Shown here: positions 37,401-50,190 of the stretch, one piece after another
How positions within the stretch are numbered: position 1 is the first letter of the stretch
How the letters are laid out: every line of letters begins with the position of its first letter
NCBI GenBank assembly: GCA_038087875.1
Contig: CM075988.1
Location: 10,356,001-10,420,000 of the forward strand
From: Malacoraja senta
Taxonomy: Eukaryota
Length of the DNA: 64,000 nt
Direction of reading: 5' to 3'
Made by a program: the position numbers and the translations under genes
Notes under the pieces: generated by a model
Databases searched by the model: none
What the model saw: the letters and a program-made list of their open reading frames with translations, nothing else
Told to the model about the DNA's origin: nothing

Positions 37401-40144
37401 GAAATGATGGCAGGCATGGCCTGTTCATTATGAAAGAAGGCTGATTAACAACTGATTTCATAGGGTATTCCCATTTACAGTGATCATTGGAGATATCTGG
37501 AGGCAATTGCTATGATGAGGCAATAATAACAGTATGATGACAATAAAGCATTCTAAGCGCTACTCAGAGTTCAAAAACACTTGTTATGTCATGACAGGAT
37601 GATATTTTAACTCTGTATTTTGCTAAAATCCACTGTTTCAGTCTCAAGCTATGACTTCGCCCTGGGCAACAGATTGGAGTTAATAGATACCTGTAACAGC
37701 CTTGTTGTTATAAAGCAGCCTTCTAATCGTTAAGACTAATTGGCAATATAATAGCTGTGATTCAGCTGTGCAAGTGGGAAAACTGACATCGTGGTAAATG
37801 GCAAACTCTAAAGTGCCATATAGGTCATTGTTAACACACCTATGCTATTTCCAGCTGAAGCTACCAAAGTCACAATGATGGACAAACAGTATTCAGCATT
37901 GCTCCAGTAGTTTGGTCAGTAAAAATTTCAGTTATATTGCAAACTGATTCTAATTGTTCTAACGTGGGAAATTGCAAATGTCATCTCTAGTTGCCCCTTG
38001 GGGATGAATAAAGTGCTTGATTGATTGATTGATAGTTTGGAGGTGGAGGAGATTTGCATGAGTTACCAATTCTTCAGTTATTGGTATCAACTATCTATAG
38101 ACCCTACGTGCATTCTATAGGTTAAAGAGTGATTGAGCGAATATGCATAATCTGCATGCTCAACTTCAGGTTGATACACTATGATGGTGGCATATGTCAG
38201 TCACATGGGTACAATCAAGTAAAAGTATCCTGAAATAGTTTACCTAATCTCATTCGCCACTGGTGTATCATCAAGTACAGATCAATGACAACACAAAATG
38301 GGTGTTGGATCAGACAGTATTTATGAAATTCTGGTTCAATGGAACACCGAATATCAATATGTTGGTTTTCATGCTTACTCACAGGTTGAAAAAATATGTG
38401 GCATAACAGTGGCAAAAGATATATTCTCGCTATAAGGAGGAGGAATGGTCTTTTATGTCTTCCTCCATTTTGCCTCATCAGTCGGGTCTTCAAATAAAGT
38501 CATCAAGATCCTGCTTTAGGTTTTCCTACTGTCTGATTGGCCTATGCAGCTTTGATTCCCGATTTTGTAGGGTATAATAATACAACCTTATACGGTTATC
38601 CTAAACGTAAACTTTGCCGGTTCAGCTTGTGGCTCGGGAAATCAGCCTTTGCATGATAAAATCAATTTATGTTCTGCAGATTCTGAATATGGCTTAGGTG
38701 TCACACCTATCCCTGTATGTGTTCACTACAGAGTGCTGGGATAGCACCAGAAAAGCAGTACATTTCTTCTTCAGGAGATGGGAAGCGTTTTGTTTAATGC
38801 TAATGTTACATTTAAAACGGTACAGATTACTGACGTTTTGGGTTTCAGTTTTTAATGGTCTTTCGACAATAATTGAGGTATAGGACCATTAACTGTGCCA
38901 ACGTGCCTTCCCATCATATTTACTGCAGCAAACGGGACCCACTCTGTCGGGTTCACCCCCGGATATCGAGTTTGTAAAGGATATCTTTAACACAAGTTCT
39001 CCCAGGACAAGTACAATGCAGTATGGGATATTGACATTGTGTTAACACTATTTCACCAGGGGGCTCCAGCTACATCCTTAGCTTTGGCCGACTCTCATAA
39101 GGTAGTTATCCTCCTGGCGCTGGTTTTAGCGCAACAGGTTCAGTCGCTACATAATTGCGACGGGACAGGATGATTACATCTGTAAATAATATATATAATA
39201 TTTTATGTTTATAATTTAAGTAAGCAGAGTAGAAGGAGTGTCAGGTATCAAAATAGTTCAAGGCATACCCAGGGACTTTTGGTTATGTGAGGGCACACAT
39301 ATGCAACAATATGTCAAGGTCACCAAGTGCCTTCGAGGCTCTGAACTAGCAATGCTTGTTAGTTACAAAAACTTTATAAGAACGTATCCGTTCAGACCAT
39401 TTCCAGGTAATAAACGGAGTTCGATTTATGCAGGAGTAGATACTGATTTCCAGATCTCACTCTACCTGGGCTGCTACAACATTAGCAGCAAGGGTTATTT
39501 ATGTTCCATTGGACCACATCCTAACGGCTGCAGCATGGTCAAACGAACGAATTTACAAACATTTTATAATAACCCATTGCCAGACCAGGGGTATTTGTCA
39601 ACTTTATTTTACATTCTATTTATAGTTTCCACCTGGATGAGAAGTGTTACTGTTATTTTTACTTCATTTGACAGCATCAGCATGTTTTAAATCTATGTCA
39701 TGTCTGTATGCATTATGAATGTTTCCCTCATCTGCCAATGAGGCAGTTGTGGTTGTGTAGACTCGTTTCTCACGGCATGAAATCACAGAGCTTTGAAATC
39801 TTCACGGAATCACTAACGTGACTCCGAAGTAAAATAGTAAGATTAAACGAGAACTTACCAGTTTGAAGTTTGATCTTTATTTTATGAGGAGTTACGATGA
39901 GCGATTACGTGCCCACCGCTCCCAACCCTCATATCACAAAGTCATCTGGTAGTTCTAGTCTTCTCTAAGTCTTACTATGTTACTTTGACTGCTGTTATCT
40001 GTGATTTCACCGCTGCTTTGAAGATTGACGTGCGTGCGGACTGGCGGGGCTTCTTCACGTAATCGCTCATCGTAACTCCTCATAAAATAAGACCAAACTT
40101 CAAACTGGTAAGTTCTCGTTTTAATCTTACTATTCTCTCATAAT

Positions 40145-41002
40145 CAGGGGGCGCCGCATGATGGCAGGCCTCTGCCTATAGTCTGTTGTCTTTCTATCTT
40201 TTTTTAATTTTTAGTTTGTTTCAATTATGTTTTGGAGGATTATTTTTTGGTATTTTATGTGGGGGAGGGCAGTAGGGTAAGGGGGAAACCGCAACTATTC
40301 TCCGAGTTGCATTCTCACCCCCCTCCTTGCGGCCTACCAACTGGATTGGCGCGGCCTTTCCTGCCGGGGACCAGACCAGAGCTTCAGCAGCGGCGGCGCA
40401 GCGCTGGATACATCGAGGAGCAGGCGATGCCTTACCTGGGATCGCCGTTTGAAGCTCCGGAGTGTTGGGCCTGCTGCATCAACATCGTGGAGCTGTGGTG
40501 TGCGGAGCTCCCAGCATGGGTGGCGCTGATCAACATCGCGGAGTCCTGGGACCTTTTGCCGAGGGCCGCCAGCGATGAATCTCCACCCAGCCCAGCCGGT
40601 GGAGTTCGGGAGCCGCGGACTCTGGTAGGAAGTGGCCAATTTGGTGTCCAAGCCGCTGAGGATGTTCTTCCATTCCGACATCGGAGTTCCATCGTCCCGG
40701 CGAGAGGGCATGAACATCGGGCCACCCGTAGCGGCGACTGCGGTGGGCTCGGGAGGCCCCGACCACGGGTGAACATCAAGAACATCAAAGAACATCAAAG
40801 AGGAGGTTGGCTGAACTTTGGTGCCCTCCCACACAGTGGGAAACTTTGATGCCGCTGTGTGAGGATGTTTATGTTGTAGACTGTCGTGTTCTGTGTTTTT
40901 AATTTTCTTTTTTTATTCATATTCGTATGGCTGTATGGTGAAATATCATTTTGTTATCTCAGTACTTGTACTCTGCACAATGACAATAAAGTTGAATCAA
41001 AT
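40145..41002 (+). mobile_element. GC-rich composite non-autonomous retroelement, probable TSD ATAAT
   Basis: GGGGGCGCC head, T-rich spacer, G-run, GC body, hairpin near 40826-40865, GACAATAAAGTTGAATC tail; the flanks rejoin a CR1 fragment. Confidence 0.7.
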
Positions 41003-41511
41003 CAATAATTGTATATACTTCTATCAGGTCTTCCCGCGACCTCCAGCATTCCAAACAAAGCAATCCAAGTCTGTCCAACCTCTCCCTGTGGAAGCTGCTC
41101 AATCAGGAGGAGGGTAAAGAAAAGATGATTAAGGTCGGAGGAGAAGAAATAGAAAAAACAATGATCAAACTGTGAAATATGAAACTCTAAAGTGAGCCCC
41201 ATCACATGACTTCTACAATAAAGTAGTTAAAATCTCTGAGGTGAGACCAGCGACTATTCACATACTTTACCTTTTGTGGTGTGTGTGACTTGGTCAAAAG
41301 TAACAATCGAGGCTTTCAAGATTTTATTTCAAAGCATTGCCTATCAATACAAATCGAAAAGATAAGGCTTTATCCCCATCCTCCCCCACCCCCCCAAAAA
41401 AAAATCACTTTGTTTGATTAATTTTTATTTTTCTTTACCCAAAAAAATTTTAATCAATTATTTACTAAAAAGATATACACATTACAAAACAATACCAACC
41501 ACCATAATACA

Positions 41512-44500
41512 AAGTAAAATAGTAAGATTAAACGAGAACTTACCAGTTTGAAGTTTGATCTTTATTTTATGAGGAGTTACGTTGGTGATTACATGAAGAA
41601 GACCCGTCAGGGCGCATGCGCGTCAATCTTCAAAGCAGCGGTATGAAATCACAGACAACACAATATTTGAAGTAACATATTAAGATGAGCAACATGAGAA
41701 CTACCATATGACCTTTTTTATGAGAGAGGGTTGGGCGTGGCGGGCACGTAATCACCAACGTAACTCCTCATAAAATAATGATCAAACTTCAAACTGGTAA
41801 GTTCTCATTTAATCTTACTATTTTACTTCGGAGTCACGTGAGTGACTATGTGAAGGGTTCAAAGCTCTGTGATCTTATGCCGCAGATCCAAATCCCGGCC
41901 TCACAAAATTGATTGACTTTCGATGAGAAACAATCAATAATGCGTTAAACATGAAATGTTAATATCATGCAGTAACAATTGATTTGAATAATCAAAACAA
42001 ACAGTAACCCGTCTATCCCAGGGGAACTAAACAGGACAATACTGAATTTGCAAACAGCCTCTCTCCGATCGGTGATCGGCCGATGGTAATTTTTTTTTTT
42101 AATAATTAATTTGACCACCCGGCACCTATAAAATATGGCCGCTGTGAACATCCATCGCCCTAGCCGACGACGTTGCTGCTGCACTAGTGGAAAAAGGATA
42201 TATACACTTCAGTGTTAATACCTGCCTTAATCAACATTTGCTTTAAACCACCTTGAGATAGTCTGCACTGACATTCTCCTGTGTGGCTTCATGTAACTGA
42301 TAAACAATGCTGTTTCCACATTTCTTAAGGTCTTTATAGCTTCAATATAAAGAAAATAAATGTGCCATCCCACATAAACATGGATCAGTAGGTTATGCTG
42401 AAACACAATTTTAACAAACCTGCGACACCTGGCCTGCTCTGCTTAAGCAGGACGCAATTATATAACATAACATTCTCTTCAGCAACTTCCATCCTGTCTA
42501 ACAGAAGTTTTTGCAAAATCTGCACTTGCTATGCTGAACCAATGCCAAGAGCATAACCACTTTCATGATTAGTTTGGCAAATTCAGAGACATGACAGGAA
42601 CCTACTGTCGAAGCATCTTGAGGACCTCACTTACATCCCAGATCGCCATATACCTGGGTTTAGGAGGTTTAGTTGAAATTTCTTTCAACAATCCAGCTAT
42701 GATATGATGAAATTCAATAGGATTTTTCCTGACCACATCAAAACCATACGATGACAAAGCACTTAAAGCTGTATTAATGGTGCTATAACTGAGCCCCTCA
42801 CCATCATAGAGTGTCAACAGGAACTCTAAAATATCCACAATACCTGCAGTATTATAGTCAATATTATTTTGTACACAATATTGGTCCCATTTCTTACATA
42901 AGTAATATACCCCTTTTGAATACTCTTTTTCCAAGCTACAGTGAGCATGTCCACCGTTCACCCTGACAGTCCTTGCTCCAGGTATGGTATTCTTAAAACC
43001 TGCAAACTCATTGTATTACTCATTTTATTATGATACGCTATTACTTCGCTTGTTGTTTTTTGTGATTTCACACCGCTGCTTCGAAGATTGACGTGCAGGT
43101 GCACTGGCGGGGTTCTTCACGTAATCACCAACGTAACTCCTCATAAAATAAAGATCAAACTTCAAACTTAGGTAAGTTCTCGTTTAATCTTACTATTTTA
43201 GAGGCAAACGCCCACTGCTTACCCTCATGCATTCAGCATAGGATCCCGGCACATAGCCTTGTTTGGTTTCCTGTTTGGAGTTAATCCATACTAACCTTAG
43301 ACACTGGCCCCCGTACATCAGACATAGTGGGAAATGCTGGAACAAACTTAACAGTTATTTGTCATAGGCAAAGACATTTATGTGAATAAAGATGCCCATC
43401 CCAGTTAAACCTGGGATTTATTTACTTTTAATATGAGTAATCCGACGTCTTTCGGAAGAAACCGTGCACAGTCCCTTTTAATGAGCAGAATTACTATGAC
43501 GCCACCTGGTGTAACTCCCACAGGTGAATGATAATAGAGCTCACAAGGCTTCCCATTTCCTTAATTGAGTAAATGATAATCATCTGTCTCGGTATAATAG
43601 TCACAATGTGACCAAGTGGTAACTATAATGTCTACCCCTTTGAACGCTTCCCAAAATTGCGTTCGTCCTTAATTTGGAGGGCATGCGTGAATTGTAAATT
43701 CTCCTTGAAGGCCAGCTTGGCCTAGACCTGAAACCTCCGCAGAATTAGCAGAAAATGCTACTGCCATAGACACATAAGGGTGATAAACCACTAATCTCAC
43801 TTCCTGGGTTGGGGTCAGCCACACACTGACCCCTTGTACTCCTCTCCACTGAGGGAATTTGTAAGCCGCCCTGAAAACACAGGTGCTGCCGCTATCCCCT
43901 GATGTCCTGCCCTGATATGGAGCACCATATCAGGATAATGCACTTGTGAGGACATACATATAACAGAGGGGACCCTCCTGGCCAGGCTCCACATAGTTTA
44001 GACACATATGGGCGGCCAAATTGGGCTGACCTTACTGTCAGCGACTCTAACAAGAAGTCCGACTGCCACCGGCTCCTCACTTACCGCGGACCGTAGCCGG
44101 TATCCCCGCCTTCTAGAGAACCCCGTGGCCCCTATTATTGTTTCGAGTCAGCGACTCGAAACAATAAGCCCAACAGCCACCCGCAGTGACCGTAGCTTGC
44201 TGAACCCGCGGTCGACAAAAAACCCGCAGCCCGAATTAAACCTCGGGAGTTGCGGACCGTTCTGTCCGCGACTCAACCAGCAAAACCCACCGGCCGCCTG
44301 CTATCGCACTCCCGCGGTCCGAAGCCGACATCTCCGCGGTCCACAATTTCCCCGCGGTCCACCGGGTTTTGCTGAATTTCATGTCGAGCAGGAACGTGCG
44401 AAAAAAGATTCCTGCAACGGACAACCTGAAAAGTAAGTTTAAACTTACCTGTAGGATTTTTTAAACTTACCGCTGGAGAACTGTGTTCCTCCCAGCCTGT

Positions 44501-44585
44501 CTGCGCCAATGCAACCGACGTAATGACGTGCATGCGTCCTGACGGGTCTTCTTCACGTAGTCACTCACGTGACTCCGAAGTAAAA
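41512..44585 (-). mobile_element. DIRS1-type retrotransposon, copy 3 (short, decayed)
   Basis: Left end at 44585, right end near 41519, ICR at about 41746-41856, YR remnant in ORF 42602-42961 (GLSYSTINTALSALSS, PPKPRY..IWDV). Confidence 0.9.
43060..43200 (+). mobile_element. Solo DIRS right terminus, inverted, inside copy 3
   Basis: TGTGATTTCACACCGCTGCTTCGAAG...GTAAGTTCTCGTTTAATCTTACTATTTTA. Confidence 0.85.
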
Positions 44586-45329
44586 CAAATATTATTTAAT
44601 ACTGAATAAACCACTCTACAACAATATCACCATTGTTATTAAGGATGCATGTCACCCCCCGCGGTGCCCAGCAGTCCCGGAAATCCCCAAGGGCGCCCGT
44701 GGACAGCGCATAGTCCCTTTCTAGTACCACCTGGGTACGGACGTAACCTTGGAAGAGGGGCAGGCAGCCGGATCGGGCATTTGAATTTTTCTTTCAGAGC
44801 AGTTTATTTTCTAGCTGGGAAAACTGACTGGCAGAGTCTGCCTTCATTTTCATCCCTGCTGGTGATGGCAAAGAGGGCAGCCTGCCATTAAATCCTTCCG
44901 GGGACCTGGAACAGACTTTCCCCAGCACAGTATTGATTAATACTACTGGCTAACAAATTGCCTAAAGTTTGCAATCTTTGGAGAATAACCAGTTCAATAC
45001 CTCAATCATTGATAGACTTCACTTTCCATCCATGGAGTATTTCTCTCTTTCAATTTGTCCGAATATACTTTTTGCTTTAAAGAGCATTGCCTTCAAAATA
45101 ACGTATTGTTTTCCAAATTATATTGAAGAAAAAAATGGCTCTGAAAATCAGCTTTCCTATTCTCGTATCACAATTTTTAAGAGGGAGATTGCAATAGTTT
45201 TGAAGGAAGTATTCAGCAAGGGAATTAAGATAGAGGACAAAGTTTTCTTGGTAAGAATTTTTCAAAAATGTTACTGCTTGTGTGAGCTGCCATGATTATC
45301 AATAATGGATCAACAATGTTCATAATATC

Positions 45330-45720
45330 ATCTCGGTCTGCCAAGGCCTGCAGGATCTCTCTGTTGCTAACCACTTTAATTCCTCTTCCCATTCCTATAC
45401 TGACCTTTCTGTCCTGGGACTCCTCCATTGCCAGAGAGAGGCCACGTGCAAACTGGAGTAACAGCACCTCATATTCTACTTGCATAGCTTACAACCCAAT
45501 GATATGAATGTAAAATTCGCCAATTTTAAGTAACTACATAAACATACTCCTCTCCCCTGTGCCCCACCTGGTCTCGCACCCATTCCTCCTTCTTGCTTCA
45601 CAATTTGGAACTCTTCAATCCTTTTGAGTTACACCACCTCACTTTTCTTGTCGAGCCTTTGTCCTACCATCTGCCTATCAAAAATCCCTCTCGTCTGTGT
45701 CGGCCTATTAACCAGTCATG
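45330..45720 (+). mobile_element. Penelope GIY-YIG C-terminus and 3' UTR fragment
   Basis: VANHFNSSSHSYTDLSVLGLLHCQREATCKLE*QHLIF. Confidence 0.75.
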
Positions 45721-46158
45721 TTTGGTGCAGCCTAATTTTGTGTCTGGGCTTTCCGTCTTCAGATGTTTTTAGAATGTGCACGTGAGTTATATTGGCCCAG
45801 CAAAGGTGTTTGAACACTCAGAGGTACTTTTCCAATGACAATGTGCTCCCATTGTGAATTTGTTACCCAATGGATCAATTTGCTGGGCACAATATTGATG
45901 CGAATAATGTCAATACACCTATTGAACTTCTATTCAATCGTCTGCTATATTCTTTGTTTCTGGAAAATAAAAACCTCATGTACTTTGAGTTTGGTTAGAT
46001 TCCACAGAGGGGGCCTCCAAGAGAAGGTCTACCATTTCTCCATTAAATCAGTTCACAGTTACAATAGAGAGTTCCAGAAAGGGAAGGCAAGAGTAAGAGA
46101 TGAACAATGTGACTGTGAGAATACAATTAAAATCGGCAGAAAAGTAACAAATGTACTT

Positions 46159-46820
46159 GGGGCGGCAAACGATTGGCATTTTTTATTTTCAGTGCGTTTT
46201 ATAAGTTTGTGTAAATGTTCTCCGGTTTGTTCTATGTGGGGGGGGGGCGGGGAGGGGGGAACTTTTTTTCAGTTTCTTACCTTGCTGGAAACGCAATGTT
46301 TCCGGTCGCTTTGTGGCCTATCATCGTTGGAGCTGGAGGCCTCCTCGGACTGACCTTGGATCCCTTGCCTGGGATCTCTCCAACCGTGGCCTGCGTACTT
46401 ACCATCAAGAGCTTGCAGTTTCGGGAGAGGCTAGTCGGGAGCTCCCAATGCAGAGGCTTGATCAGCCCCGACGCTGGGTTTGATCGTCCAGCACAGGGGA
46501 GCTGGCATCACCCCGATGCAGGGGCTGGATCGCCCCGACATGGAGGGTCCAAAACCCCGCAGGCTACGGGAGTGAAGATCATCCTGTCAACGGAGGGCTC
46601 GAGGCCCCCAACCGCGGGAGAGCTAAGGGAAGAGATTGAACTTTTTTTTCACCTTCCATCACAGTGAGGAATGTGAAGTCTCTGTGGTGGATGTTAATGT
46701 TAAAATATGTTTTGTGTGTTCTGTTGCTTTTTATTGTATGACTGACTTGGCAAATGAAATTCCTCGTATGTTGCAAAACATACTTGGCTAATAAAGTATT
46801 ATTGTGATTGTAATTGTGAT
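46159..46820 (+). mobile_element. GC-rich composite non-autonomous retroelement (another subfamily)
   Basis: Same layout as 40145 and 47172; CCATCACAGTGAGG hairpin, GTATGTT(GCAA)AACATAC hairpin, AATAAA, (ATTGTG)n tail. Confidence 0.7.
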
Positions 46821-47008
46821 GAGTTTAGAAGGCAGCACCAATGCAGTTGCTGGTGTAGCTGTTGATATTTATATAAATTATGTACAAAAGGATGGGTAAT
46901 ACGGACCCTCAAGTACCTATAGCTGCACCTTTTGATCTGAAAAGTAAATCATTTTGAAGAATTTCTTAATGTAAAGAGAAACAACTGAGTGTGGTGGTGG
47001 TGGGGAAT

Positions 47009-48145
47009 AGACAATAGACAATAGGTACAAGAGGAGGCCATTTAGCCCTTCGAGCCAGCACCGCCATTCACTGTAATCATGGCTAATCATCGACAATCAG
47101 TACCCCGTCCCTGCCTTCTCCCCATATCCCTTGACTCCGCTATCTTTAAGAGCTCTATCTAACTCTCTCTTTAGATAGATTAGATAGCCCTTTATTGTCA
47201 TTCAGACCGAAGTCTGAACGAAATTGCAACAGTCATACATAAAACAACAATAAACACATATTAACATCCACCACAGTGAGTCCACCCAACATCTCCTCAC
47301 TGTGATGGAGGCAAAAGTCTTAGGTCTGCAGTCTCTTCCCTCCTCTTCTCCCTCTGCGCTGAGGCGATACCCCCCGGGCGATGTTTCCCGGGGTGGTCGA
47401 AGCTGCCGCCCACCAGTACTGCAGACGCAGCCGCTGGCCCGCGGCCGAACCCCGGACTCAGGCCACCACCGCCAGAATACCGTTCTAGCCACCCTCACAT
47501 GAGTACCGTGCCATCTTCAGCCTCGGGCTGGGCCGCCCCGACATGGGCGCCGAACCTCCCCCGGGCCGGGCCGCTCCGACATGGGCGTCGCTTCTTCCCC
47601 GGGCCGGGCCGCCCCGACCCGGGCGCCGCTTCTCCCTCGGGCCGGGCCGCCCCGACTTGGGCGCCGAACCTCCCTCGGGCCAGGCCGCCCCGACTTGGGC
47701 GCTCACAGGAGCACTGTTCCAGCCCTGAGCTGGACCACCCTCACGGGAGCGAGCTTAGGGCGAGTCCTGACGGGCTCTGCCTCCGGAGCCTCGAGGTTGC
47801 CACCTCCATTAGGCCTCAGCGCAGATGGAGGCAGAGAAGGGGAATACGACAAAAAGTCGCATTCCCCTGCAGGGAGAGACTGCAAACCCCGTTACAACCC
47901 CCCACCCCCCCAAAACACAAACTAAAAACCCAAAACTAGACTAACTAAAACGAAATAAACAACACAAAAAACACAAACAAACAGGACTGCCGATGAGCCG
48001 CTGCAGCCAGTGCCGCACCGCCACTCTTGAAAGCTTATCCAGAGAATCGGCTTCCACTGCCTTCTGAGGCAGAGAATTCCACAGATTCACAATTCTCTGG
48101 GTGAAAATGTTGTTCCTCATCTCCGTTCTAAATGGCTTACCCCTT
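47009..48145 (-). mobile_element. CR1 3' fragment split by the 47172-48023 insertion
   Basis: The flanks rejoin as ...ctaactctctcttgaaagc...; reverse complement of the CR1 3' end. Confidence 0.8.
47172..48023 (-). mobile_element. Apparently complete GC-rich composite non-autonomous retroelement with VNTR, TSD CTCTT
   Basis: CTCTT at 47167-47171 and 48024-48028; ~38-bp VNTR at about 47525-47702; (CTAT)n tail. Confidence 0.8.
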
Positions 48146-48990
48146 TTAAAAAAAATAATTCTTAAATAAATTAGAGAAATGGTTAGGTCTCTAATCCTGC
48201 AAGATGCAGAAGGTCTCAGAACAATCAAACCAATTCCTCCCAACCAACCATCCATCAATTATTGATTATTGATTCATCCATGGTGAAGATGAACATGTAA
48301 GGACCAATGGAAATGGAAACATTTGGAGTGGCAGTAGGCACCCAAAGTTTTACAGATTTAAGGGAGAAGGGATTGGACCAGGAAGAAAGGATAAAGTTGA
48401 GTAGATCAGACTTTGCTATGAAGTTGACGTTGTTGCCCAAAGGGTTGCATGCAACCGACTGGGCGGATTACTGAAAAGTTGCTGTTAAACACGTGTCCTC
48501 AATATGAGTTAAAGCATTTGGAGTTTGGACGAAATTCAATGAGAAAACCAGGACAGAATGGAGTGAAACAGGACTATGAGGATTCTTATTTCAATTTTCA
48601 TGGAGAAGGGAAACCAACTGTAGTTGATGAAAGATGAGATGCTTACCACGATTGGCAATGCAGGATAACTGAGCATTGTCACTCAATTTCTCAAGTGTTT
48701 TTCCTGATAAATGCCATCTAATGTGCATTAATTCAGGTTGATCATGTGCAAGTAACTCAGCTAGAAGTCCATTATGCTGTCGGCTTTACACATAGGCACA
48801 ACTATAATTGCTACCCAATCACATCATGTTCAATCTTTCAGTAATGTATCTTATTTGCCTTTATGTTGAACAAGAGAGAAATGCTCCAGAGAAAATGTTC
48901 AACTCATTCCCTGTCAAGGGACATTCAGACAGAAATGTGCAATTGAACATTTTAATTTCAGTTGGATTTTCATACCTAACGTGATCCAAA

Positions 48991-49196
48991 ATGACGTCAT
49001 CGCAGACGGCCCGCCCTTTTTTTTACTTACCGCAAGCACGTGGGACCAGCCGTATTTAAATCACTCGGCCCCCGCGCAGCATCCGTGCGGCGCTCCCGTG
49101 GCATAGGCTCGGCGCTCTCGCCGTTGCCGTGCGGTCCACTCTACAGGCGAAGCCACGCTTCACCGCCGATGACCGCAACACCGTAAGACAGAGCCT
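48991..49196. mobile_element. Partial inverted copy of the GC-rich Harbinger-type MITE
   Basis: Reverse complement of about 12035-12237, ending GTAAGACAGAGCCT-TTA. Confidence 0.8.
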
Positions 49197-49479
49197 TTAC
49201 ATTATCGTTCATCCATTCAAATAATACAGAAGTCTCAATCTTTTAATATTCCAACTCGCCTTTGTGTACCAGCAATAACATTTCTACTAATCTGAATTCA
49301 ACTCATTTGTTGATACTTAGGTGTAGATTATGCTATGGATACATTATTGCAGAATAGTCAGTCAATTTGTTTCCCAACGCCCCTCACTTTCTCTATTTTT
49401 TGCTCTTCAATCATTATTTTCACCTATTTTTAATGTATAGGAATATAAACATATCATATCTACTCTCATTTAAGCCAAC

Positions 49480-50190
49480 ACATAGAACATAAGATATAGA
49501 AACATACTGCACATGATCAGAGCCTTCGGCCCATAAATATCTATGCTGATCACAATGCCAAAGTAAACTAGTCTTATCTGCCTGCACATGATCCATATCC
49601 CTTTATTCCCTGCATATCAATGTGCCTATATAAAAAAAAATACTCCTAAACACCACTGTCATATCTGCCTCCACCATCAGATATGACAGTGCGTTTCAGG
49701 AACCCACCATCCATTGTAATAAAACCTTACCCTGCACATGTCCTTTAAAGTTTGCCCCTCTCACCTTAAAGCTATGCCCTTTAGTCTTTGACATTTGCAC
49801 CTTGTGACAAATGTTCCGACCGTCTACGCTATTTATCCCTCTCATAATTTTATATACTTCGAACCGGTCTCCCCTCAATGTCTGACATTCAAGAAGAAAT
49901 AACATTCCAGTGGAAACAATCCAAATTTGTCCATCCTCTCCTTATCGCTAATACCAAGCAATGTGTGCTCTGTCCCACAAATGGCTCTGCTGCAACCACT
50001 GAACAATACATAGAGGTCCAATATCGTGGATATAGAAAAATAGGTGTAGGTGTAGGCCATTCGGCCCTTCGAGCCAGCACTTCCATTGAATATGATCATG
50101 CCTGATCATCCAGAATTAGTACTCTGTTCCTGCTTTCTCCCCATATCCCTTGATTCTGTCAGCCCCAAGAACTGTATCTAACTCTCTTAG
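49480..50190 (-). mobile_element. CR1 3' fragments
   Basis: LRGDRFEVYKIMRG...TKGHSFKVRG in ORF 49696-49905, plus a CR1 tail at about 50030-50190. Confidence 0.75.

Larger units (their letters stand above)
35894..40134 (+). mobile_element. DIRS1-type retrotransposon, copy 2 (coding region heavily decayed, termini and ICR intact)
   Basis: Left end ATTTTACTTCGGAGTCACGTG; ICR at about 39798-39911; right end ...TTAATCTTACTATT; YR remnants in ORF 39238-39690 (TKCLRGSELAMLVSYK). Confidence 0.9.
41420..44779 (-). mobile_element. Tx1-type (L1 clade) 3' fragment split by DIRS copy 3
   Basis: 44779-44597 translates to ARSGCLPLFQGYVRTQVVLERDYALSTGALGDFRDCWAPRG, resembling a Tx1 ORF2 C-terminus; the AT-rich 3' UTR continues at 41420-41511. 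Confidence 0.65.

Noticed and set aside
40232..40849. 205-aa and overlapping ORFs
   Set aside because: GC-rich repeat body with ORFs in several frames on both strands and no domain motifs.
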